DNA from: Fimbriosthenelais zetlandica
Taxonomy: Eukaryota
Assembly: GCA_977030845.1 (NCBI GenBank)
Contig: OZ365118.1
Span: 2,976,001 to 3,040,000, forward strand
Direction: 5' to 3'
DNA length: 64,000 nucleotides
Made by a program: the position numbers and the translations under genes. This document shows positions 11,345-22,200 of the stretch, piece after piece; position 1 is the first letter of the stretch, and every line of letters starts with the position of its first letter. The notes below the pieces were generated by a model, which saw only the letters and a program-made list of their open reading frames with translations, was not told the DNA's origin and ran no database searches.

Positions 11345-14086
11345 ATGTCTCAAATGTGTTGGAGCGTTGCCCTGCTGGCGCTGGCGTTAGCAGTGCTCGA
11401 CTATAGTGGAGTAAGAGTGAAGGCAGATGAAGAAGCGAGGACTATCAGATATAGAGTGATCGAGGAAGAAGACCCTGGTACATTTGTTGGTAATGTCCGA
11501 CACGATGCCAGGGTGGATGATAGGTATGATCGATTTGTAGTCAGCCAAGTGAGGTTCAGACTCATGTCTCAACCTGAATGGACTTTTGTTTTAGAAGAAG
11601 AGACAGGAATTATAAGGACAGGAGATAGGATAGACAGGGATCGTACCTGTCCTCAGAAACTTGACTGTGCCATCTCTCTCGATGTTGTTGTTATCATCTC
11701 TGAGGGGTCGAGGTTCCTGGAGATCATCAAAGTGCTCGTGGAGATTATAGATACAAACGATAACAAGCCACGATTTGACGAGGTTCAGATCCGTAAACAG
11801 ATCCTCGAGTCAGCTATTCCAGGAACCGGACTGGTCATCCCCACTGCGATAGATCCCGACAGTGGCGCTAATGGTATCCAGAGGTACGAGCTCATCTCCA
11901 GTGACAGGACCTTCCGTCTGGATGTCGAGGAGAAGCTGGACGGATCCACTAAAGTCCTGCTCGTCCTTCAGGGCCGACTGGATCGTGAACAACAAGACTT
12001 TTACGAGATGAAAGTCGTAGCGCATGACGGGGGCATGCCGCCCCAGTCGGGATCCGTGGAGATCTTTGTGACCGTTCAGGATGCTAATGATAACAGTCCT
12101 ATATTTAATAACGCCACCTATGAGTTTATTGTGTTTGAGAATGTCGCTGTAGGCACGAATATAGGCAGAGTTCGCGCTACAGACAAAGACGCTGGTGCTA
12201 ATGGCCAGATTTTATATAGTTTATCAGGACAAACCCAGGCCATTCATGGGAAAACATTCGGTATTAGAAACAGTACTGGGGATATTTATGTAAGGGGTGA
12301 GGTTGACTATGAAGAACACCCCATATATACACTATCAGTGACCGCTAGAGACAGGGGCGCTGATTCCCTTCCTGTAGATGCCACAGTGGTCATCCGGGTA
12401 CTGGACATCAATGACCACGCCCCCATTATTAAGGTCAACACCCTGGAGGCTATAGGGGTGGACCAGGCTGAGGTTGATGAGGACGCTGATCTTGAAACCT
12501 TTGTAGCCCATATCACAGTGACCGACCCTGACAAAGATAGGAATGGCCGGTTCAACTGTTCATTGAATGACAATCATTTTAAACTTCAGCGACTCTATGA
12601 GAGTGAGTATAAGATTGTCACCCGGGCCTTGCTGGACCGGGAGATCCGGTCAGATTATAACCTGGCTATTAAATGTGTGGATTTTGGAGAGGTTCCTCAG
12701 GTCGCCATCAAACACATTAAGGTGATAGTGCGGGATATGAACGATAACGTACCCATCTTTGACAAGGATGTGTACACATCAAGTCTCATAGAGAACAACT
12801 ACATGGGTATCTTCCTGGTTCAGGTGAATGCCACTGACCGGGACGAGGGAAGGAACTCAGATATACGCTACAGCCTGGATCGAGACGCCGGGGACTATTT
12901 CCAGGTAGATCCCGTCTCTGGTAGCATCACCGCTAGAGCTGTATTTGACAGAGAACACACTCAACAACTGAGCTTCCACGTGATCGCCTCAGATCGTGGC
13001 CAGCCCAAGAAGAAGAGCAGAGCCCAAGTGATTGTCACTATTAACGATGTGAATGATGAGCGACCTGAATTCTCAGCACCCACGTATTCATTTGGTGTTT
13101 ATGAGAACGAACCCGCGGGGACCGAGGTGGGTTTTGTTCATGCTGTAGACACTGACAGCACGCCTTATAATGCATTTGAGTTCTCATTCGCTCCTGATCG
13201 TAGCGCCATGAGTAAGTTCGAGATCGACGCCCATACGGGTCGAATTATCACCAAATCCGAGCTGGACAGAGAGGAGCAAGCTGTGTATTACATAGTAGTG
13301 GTGGCTAAAGATGGAGGAGTCCCTCCCATGAGTAGCACAGCCACGGTGTCAGTGTATGTGTCCGATAAAAATGACAACCCTCCCGTGTTTGATTTCCCGT
13401 CAGAATTCAATAACACTATTCACATATCAAATAAGTCCCCACTGGGCTATATCATCACCAAGGTCCAGGCTTACGACCGGGACTACGGGAGGAATGGTAA
13501 CCTTACCTATACCATAGTCACCGGTAACGAAGCTCAGACATTCAGAATGGATCCCTCATCCGGGACTATCGCTGTGAATAAGGAACTCACAGAAATTCAT
13601 TTCTTTTTATACCAGTTGTCCATACAAGTGTCCGACAATGGGACGCCGCCTAAAAGTGTCAGCACCAACTTGAACATTATGGTGAACAAATCTATAGCTT
13701 TCCCAGTAGCTGAGCCACATATATTGACTGGACATAACTTCACAATAGTCATCACTCTGGCTTGTGTGTCGGGCGTGGTGGTTGTCATACTTATCATCGC
13801 CATTATTTGTATTAGAAAGCAAGACATGGAGAGGCGACATCATAAATATAATTGTCGTATGGAGGCGCTGAAAATGCTGCACTCCCGAGAAGTGCCCAAA
13901 GACTCTGACGATTCCTGCTCCGGGAAGGGAGTAGGCATGCACAATAGTAACTGCTCCTCAGGCGATGAAAAAGATAAACCGAGGAAGGAAGTCAGTTTTA
14001 ATCTAGAGTGTGAAGAAGATAAATATGGTTCACCCGAGAAATCACACCGATCATGGCCTTCTACCATTGACCACAGAACGCTGGAG
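11345..14086 (+). CDS. Pcdh: Protocadherin (delta-like, 7 EC repeats), large first coding exon: signal peptide, EC1-EC7, TM helix, proximal cytoplasmic tail (914 codons)
   Basis: 968-aa ORF 11345..14251. Hydrophobic N-terminal signal (MSQMCWSVALLALALAVLD). Seven cadherin repeats with Ca-binding motifs (DRD/DRE/DYE, DxD, DxNDNxPxF linkers DTNDNKPRF, DANDNSPIF, DINDHAPII, DMNDNVPIF, DVNDERPEF, DKNDNPPVF). EC1 has C-X5-C (CPQKLDC, 11648-11668), typical of protocadherins. TM FTIVITLACVSGVVVVILIIAIICI at 13739-13813. Whole ectodomain in one exon. Strong phase-0 donor CTGGAG|GTGAGT at 14086/14087. In-frame TGA at 11336-11338 fixes the start. Symbol is family-level only. Confidence 0.96.
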
Positions 14087-14251
14087 GTGAGTGAAGATAA
14101 AACTCACCTTGTTTTTTTATACTATGATCATATCCCCCAGGATTACCACCACCAACATCAAAATCAACATCAAAATCAACATCAAAATCATCATCATCAT
14201 CACAACAACCATCACCCAACACCACCACCTCCACCTCCACCTACAATCTAA
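14087..14251 (+). CDS. In-frame read-through extension of the large exon (54 aa His/Gln/Asn- and Pro-rich tail); possible short-isoform C-terminus
   Basis: ORF stays open past the donor: VSEDKTHLVFLYYDHIPQDYHHQHQNQHQNQHQNHHHHHNNHHPTPPPPPPPTI*. AATAAA at 14650-14655. Confidence 0.45.
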   Translation: MSEDKTHLVFLYYDHIPQDYHHQHQNQHQNQHQNHHHHHNNHHPTPPPPPPPTI

Positions 14252-17200
14252 GTCACAATACATTACAACAAGGCCCTGCACTGATCATAGCTCTAAGCTC
14301 TCTAGCTCTTAAGACGTTCCCTTGTTGTTGTTACGTTCAAGTTCAAGTTGTGTTAAGACGTTTACTTTTGTCACGGACAAAAAACTAATTTATCCCAAAC
14401 TCGTATGTAAGACATACAGATACTTTAAGCATATTAATGACAGTCACTCTGTGTTCACCCTGTGGATTTAAATGGCTAAAACATAGCACCATATCTAACC
14501 AAGACAGTTGTCCAGTGACATTAGTGTTGTCTCTAGCGTGTGCTAAGTTTTCACTAGATTTAAGTGCTTTTTCCCCTCCGCCGCTCACAAAGTGAGCAAT
14601 CGTCTGTCGCTGTTGTGCGGATCGTGTGTGCAATTAATTTAATTTTGTAAATAAATTATCGAAATGTGGAGATATTTCTACAAAACCTTGCTTGTGTACC
14701 CTTCCCTATGGGTTTCTTCCATGAGAGATTTCCAGATAAAACGGGTTAAGTTTTGAAGGTGAGGATTTGGAACTAACACTATTTTTAAGATGCTAAAACT
14801 AAGAATAGAAAATGAAAGCTTCCCATGATAATTATAGGCTTAAGTAGACAAAACTTGAAGGTATACATTACTTAGTATTGTTATTAACGCCCATCTCTCC
14901 TTTGATCTGTAAATACCCATTTTCTCTAGCCTTTAAGTGTGCTATTTTCCCCTTTAAAACCCTGCCTTGGTAAAAAGGCCGGACAAACGCGCTAATGATT
15001 GATACTAGTAAAACATCTGCGCCATTTTGACTCTCCCCTCCCTCCTCATCCATTGTCTGACATCATGCCCATTGTCTTCACAGAACCCACAAAAAAACAT
15101 ATACCCATAACAAATTATGGTAATTAGGGGCAGGGTCAGGTAGCCTGCAAATGGCCAATTAACACCTGAAACTCATCAGCTATTGATGAAAAGCATGTCA
15201 TTGTATGGAGCTATATTATAATTAACGTGGGCTTATAGATTAAAGCATCTATTTATGATGTACCATCTGATATGATGGATAGTAGTAGTGCCACCCACCT
15301 CAAATATATTATATATTGATAATATAATATAACCATATATGGAGGTAAGCTAGTCCATTGAGTATAGATATATGATCCCACAACATCGAGTTTAATCCCT
15401 CCATTATTCATTTAAATCTAAGCTTAAAGCTTAACGTAAATTGTAGTCCTTTGACAATACATTATTGTCCCATGACCTATTCTTTATTCCCTTACTAAGA
15501 AAACTTATATATGTACAATATTGGAAAATCGTAAAATTTGATAGCATTTTTAATAATTTGGCTCAGGTTTCCATGATAGGCTGTAGTAGTGAACATTTGG
15601 CATCTCAGTTGTCCTTGTTCCCCATGGCTGGTTTGCATGTAATGGTAGATAATTCACTGGATTATAGGCTAGATTATACAGGTCTGACTGGGGGTGGATT
15701 TAGACAATAATCTTGACCCTGTATGAGCAGTTATGAGCAGGTCTGAGTGACAAACATTGAGTTAATTACAGTTCCATGTAAGACCTTCATTAGATGAGGA
15801 GTGAGATGGGTGTGAGCTGGCTTCACCTCGGGTGACAAAACGCCTCATTCACTTTGAAACTTCACCCACAATCTGATCATCACCGAAACAGATCGTCTTT
15901 CAAACGTCATCCTAGGAGGGAGAAGCCATCTAACTTGATCCAATCTTATTGGACAGGCTTCCTGAACTTTCCCTAAAATGATTAAACGGGAGGAAAGTTA
16001 TTGATCTTTTTGATATGATCATTTCAATCTTGATCTCAGAAGTTGAGTCTCATTTGCCTTTTAGAGCTTGTGATCTCAAATTTCTTTGCATTTAACCCTC
16101 GAATTTAACCCCTCGTCTCCAAAATTTTCTAAATTTTGAACAAACTTTCCCTAACCCCTCAATTCAGTACCCATTCGGATCGTGTTTATGTTTTTTCAGT
16201 CACATTTAACACCACTATAGATCCTCCTTGGTCTTAGACCCCCGTGTTTTTTCACCGCGCACCCTTCCCCCTTCATGTGCTGGTTTGTTTAGACTCTGGT
16301 CTGGTATTACCTGTCATTGTTTACATCACTGATTATATGTATGATGGTGGACACATGTGGACCAGATGAGCCTGACATGCTAAAACAAAGGCCAACATGG
16401 CCGCGCTGTGCGGCAAGTACGGGAATAGCAGGGAAGGTGTCTCTACTAGAGACTCCCATAGACAAACCAACTGTGACACCCCCAGAAAATAAAGCGGCAC
16501 TTCCTAGGACAGCTGCCCTTTTAAAATTAAACCTATTATCTTTCCTTGGTCTATTTTCCAATGTTACTTCCTGTCAAGGAAGAGTAAGATCAGACAATTG
16601 TATGATTAAAGTCCATAACCAGTTTTGTTCAAACACAAAAAGAACATCATTCACAGCTCTATTTTAATAAGTTGAAACGAGTGAAAAAAGTGAACAATAT
16701 ATTCACAGGAGTGAATCTGTATGTGTCAAATGACACAGTAATGTCATGAAGCGTCACTTTTCTCACTTTGACTTTTGTCCATTTTAACGTTGCCTTTATA
16801 TACATATGGTGCATTCTCAGCCTGACAAAGGACATCTGAGACCCACCCATACAATGGTTATTGTTTTATAGCTCTCAAGTCCAGAATAAATACTGTGTTA
16901 TATATATAGATGCAACATTTACACTTCACTCTCCCATTCCCACCAAGTTTTGGGAAACTATTGCATCAAAAGAACCTGTCTTTGCTCACTTGTTGACTGT
17001 TTCAATGGGTGAAAGTCTCGGTTTAATTTGTAAATAGATTAAGATATTGAGAGCATGTTGGGAATGACTGAGCATTCAGGTCGGGACCTTTCATCCTATA
17101 TCTCTATAGGGATTAGTCAAGAACCGCTGGTCGCTTAATGGTCATCAAGTTTCCTACTCTTAAGTGCAACTATTCCCTCACAAATAGTGATTACATAATA

Positions 17201-19195
17201 TCAAATCCCCCATTCACTTCATCCTTAGATCATTGCGTCATCCGACAAAGTTAATACCCCATCATTGGAAAACAAATAAGTTCATGGTAAGCCCATCCGT
17301 CTTTGAAACCCAAGTTGAGTGGTTGCTTTAGTTCTGGACTTGTGAATGTTCAGAAGTTGAAGATATGGATCCGGAGCAAATGGGTCTAGTGAGGACAGGG
17401 TTAAATGATGCAGGGTGACTGTAAGGGGTTATATGGACCATGTTAACTCGTCTATAAAGGGTTATGACATGGCAGGTAACGAGGAGAGAGCTGGTGGAGG
17501 AAACCAGATAGTCAATGACGGCATCAATGGTAGCATAAACCCTCTCTCCTCCCTCATTATACATCTACTCTACCAGATGTAATAGACCTTATAGCAGTCA
17601 TTCCCACCAGCCCTATCATCCCCTGCTTCCCGTCCCACCAACCAGCCTGTAAATATTTGATATAATTCATCAAAGATCGCGCGGCATTGTCCTCCACATC
17701 CTCCCATGTTAGATTTATATATCACACCCTCCTCCTAAATCTACCCCCTCTTGAATTTCACCGGGGAAAGTGATTATATAAACTGATGTATTAAATGACA
17801 CTTGTTGATTTTCCATGTTAAAAATGTTCCCATTGAGAATGCTTTATTGTAATGCACTCTCCCAGAGTTGACCTATGGGGAATGAATCTGTCTGGGTGGT
17901 CTTGGCTTTTGGGTATATTAGCTGCATGTATTCATGTATCCCTGCAGGCCGCCTATACAAATCCCTAAACTCAGAGGCATTAAAACATGGCAGTCCTCCC
18001 TGGACCCGACCTTTGTTAAGTCCCCTGCTTTAACTCTCAAGTTAATTAAGAACTCTTAAAGGTCTGCTAAGTGTGAAGGGCCCCAGGCACCCCTCCATCT
18101 CTTCACTCTAAAGTCTTTAATTTCTAGGGAATTCAATCTATTAAATTTGACTTTGAATGTGATTTATACCTGAGGATGCCCATATGGTAGACTATTCCCA
18201 GCGAGATAAACCAATAGCATAGAAATCCGACAAGTACCTCATATGATGGGCCCTCTAATTGAAATATAATGTACATTCAAAAATCCCGAGTGAGTATTCA
18301 CCTGATTTTAGTGACAGGCCCATATTTCAGATATGGGGTAATGATGATGGTAATTTGGGTAATGGGGGTCTATTATGAGCGCTTCCTATCTCACATATTA
18401 TGCTCTTATATTCAATGAAATAGCTCCCTTCATTTTATACACACTCCCAACTGTCGCTATATGGTTGTGAATTATCAGATGGAGCGACCTCATATAGCTC
18501 TATACTTCCCACATTAATGTATTGTTCACCTTGGCTATTAAGGGTTGAGAGGGCCTACAATAGGTCCATGACGTAAGGGGCAGGCCCCCCCCCTTTAGGG
18601 TCTTTTGTATTAAAGGTTTGGGATTTAAGTTGCAGGGAACAGGTGGGAGACTGAAGTATAGAGATTCCACCACTCTGACCACCTTATTAAATACAGGTGT
18701 TGAGTTTATAAACAAGCCACCTGTTGAAAACAACAATGGATTCCAATACTATACCTCCACCAGTTTATACAATCAGCCCTTACCTAGTCATTTGAATATG
18801 ATGCAATCAAGCCTCTATTTGCTTCCCTGCTCCAACATTCAATATAGATCCAATTTGGCGGAGTGCTACATGGTTGAATTAAGATTGATTCTTGTAATTA
18901 AATAACCGAGTTTTGTTAGTTCTGGTGGAGCCGTGACCATGAAATGGGTGCTCATTGATGGACGAGAGATTTAAATAAAATCCACTCAGCACCGGGAATG
19001 GTATTAAACATCGGCCTTCTATATAGATTAATCCATGTTCATTGCATGTTTCAAACTATCACTTCCCCTGAAAAGATACGGGAGAACCACGCCCATCCAA
19101 ACCAACTACCATTATAAAACTGCCCTCCCAACCTCCATGCGAGAATATCTCCCAATTTAGGAATTAATTACATTTAAAATTAACCCTTAGCTAGT

Positions 19196-19235
19196 GACCA
19201 TGCGGCAGACCATGCGGCAGACCATGCGGCAGACC
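19196..19235. repeat. 12-bp tandem repeat x3
   Basis: GACCATGCGGCA x3. Confidence 0.9.
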
Positions 19236-22200
19236 CTCCCATACCACACACAACCTTCACACATATGCCGGCCTCACGAAGGCCAGGTGATTTAATTAGC
19301 AGGTAACTATGGCAACCTGTACATCTTAGATTGCCGCATCAGTATGGGCTCCATGCTTGGTTTCCATGACAATTGGCGGAGCCGGGCCTAATTAGACGGC
19401 AGGTAAGTGGCCCTGATTAGAAGGCTGTTGGGAGGTGGGGAGAGATGGTTGATTGTTCCTATCTAATCCTGTTATATGCCTGGCTCATTCTATTGTTGTG
19501 GGCCGCAGAGAGAGTCAGGTGATGGGAATACTCCACATACCTATACTTAATGCCTACCTGTACACTCCCTTCCTACTCCCTTCTACCCTCCCTTCCCTCC
19601 CTCATTTGAAATTTAGATTTTGTGTTGTATCCATGTTTCACAAATATCTTCATCACTAGAACCCCCAGTCTCACTCCTCCCATAAGCAGTCACATTTCTT
19701 ATTTCAATTTATTTATTACCCTATTGCACATATATTTTGATGGTCTTAGAAAAACATAATTGGCGTAGTTGTCCACTTATCAGCACCTTCCTAGGAAATA
19801 ACATGTCAAGTCTTGGCAGCTGGCAACCTTCTCAGAAAACAAACTACAGAAAAAAATCTTTAAAAAATATTCTGTCATGTGGTGGTCTTCCAACAGTGCC
19901 TTCCCACAATGTCCAGTGTTCTCACTCCCAGGCTGTTTTTAGCTTCACCAGACCTGTGGACACTTTTATTTCCCAATTCCTATACATTTACCCAATGGTT
20001 CAATCCCTGTACCTTTTGTCCTGGGTATGTACAATAGTTTAAGATGGGTTTGGTGCTCGAGGATATCAGGAAATGATGGGTTAAAGCTGCAGGTGGTAGG
20101 CTACCAATGAAAGCCCAAGATGGCAGTGAGGGGTAACCAAATATATACTGATCTAGGAACTTAAAATATTATAACATCAGGTATATTTTTAGTTATTTTC
20201 CTGGTGAAAATGATATATCTTGATAAACTACATACAAATGTCCCCTTCATAAAATGCTATTTGTCTACACCGGTAGTTCAAGAGAGATAAATGGCCTTTT
20301 CTCCAAAAAATTGATGTCCCCCTGAAGCATTAAGTTAAGGAGTGAACATACTTCATTTTGGAAAAGTAAACACAAGTGAACTCCATAGGTAGGGGAATGA
20401 GTTAGGTGTAGGGGAGGGGGGGGGGAGAGGCCTGGAGGCCTGCAAGCCAAAGGTGTGATGTCGGCCGTCTTCAAAGCCTATACGGGTTCAGCAAAAGGCA
20501 ATAGCTCACCTTAGTCATTCCCTTCTAATTAAGGAAGGTAAAGGTGGGCTGTAGGCCGTGAAAGCTGTATATTAATACTCACAATTATGGTAGAAACATG
20601 ACACCTCGGTGCAGATTGAATGTGTGTTTTGTAGGTCTGCATGTAGGCTAAGTGTAATTACTATTCACCTATCCACAACCTGTGATATATGTCTTAAGTT
20701 TGACATAGTTTTACATGTTGTAAAATTTGAGAAATTGGACTGATTTATGGCATGAAACATTGGAAAGGCTTCATATTTCCCTACCTTATTTGATTTGTTT
20801 ATTGGCCAACCAATTGGCTAAATAAAAATCTGAGATAAGAATTTAAAAATTGATAGTTTACAAATTGCCCATGATATTTTACAATATCCAAGTGAAATTC
20901 AATATTTGTAATATCCAGAAGTAGCCAAGTTCAATATTTCCAATAGTGTGGCCAAGTGGAACTAGCATATCTCGCACCATAAATACCTGCCAAGAAAAGT
21001 TGAACTTATTAAAACTGTAGATAAATGAGCATAGCTTCCCCTCCCCTCTCTACCCCCCGCTCTCCACCCTCTCCCTGCCCTCGACCATTAGTAAACCACA
21101 CCTGATCGCACTCAACCTGTCTATCTTCCTCTCGGATCTAAGAAAGTATTTTTTCCTGACATGTCTCTGACAGATTGGAGTATGGTCAGACAAATAGTTG
21201 GCTGGTCAGTGATGGTAATCTCCCACCATACCTGTACAGGTGTCTCATAACTTGACCCCGAGGTCAACTGGCCCTTAAGCGCTTCTACCGTACATAGGGC
21301 ATTACTGAAGTGGCTAGCCCCACTATAATAGTCCAACCCTGACCCTTCTGTTTGGCCTTGGATATAAGGTATCCCACAACATCACTCTTGTCTCTTTCAA
21401 TCACAAGTCCAGTGTCATCCTTGCATAAAGTTTGCCCTCCTCTGAACAATGGGCATTGATATATAAATGTGAAAGGGAATTAGAAGTGATCCTAGAATGG
21501 CAGCTTAACTATTAATACATTTATTCTTAAGCCCTATAAGGAATATATTTGAGAAGTTGAATAATCATTTCAATATTTAAACTGGGCCTGATTCAAATCA
21601 AATATTTAGTTTGATATGAAGCTTAGGGTATAATCCTGTGGCCTGATCTTTCCTGTGTATAGTGGCTCCACCTAGTAGACTAGCGTGAAACCAATATCCC
21701 TATATGGGACCAACAGTTGATCAACTTGATGGGACAAGTTGATGGGACTTGATAAAGGCCCTTCTAACTATTAAATGCTCAAACTATTTTATAATTTACT
21801 AGTATGAAAACAAGAGTAACTAATCCCGAAGTAAAATATATTATGGATAAGCTAATAGTCTTTCAAATAATGATAGAAATGCTGACCAATTTCCCCCCCC
21901 CCCCCCATGGACCTGTGGTGTACTCCCCTCTCCTTGACCAGTAACGGAGGCTAAATGCCAGTTCAATTTTCTAAAGATGACCAGCTGCGAAGAAAAATAA
22001 TTTAACAGGTTCATCCATGCGTCCTTTACACCTCTATTTATCACTCCCTGTCTCCTCCTCGCTTCATAACCTTACGATGACTGGGCCTGCCAGTACCACC
22101 CCCCTACCCCAGGTGTCGCGGCGGTCGGTGGTACTGGCACGCTGACTCCCTCTAGTGGAACTAAGTGGAGTTTATGTGAGCGGCTGTAAGCCTGGTAAAG

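Noticed and set aside
11387-14067. Several minus-strand ORFs overlapping the protocadherin CDS
   Set aside because: Short shadow ORFs of a coding region with no recognisable products.
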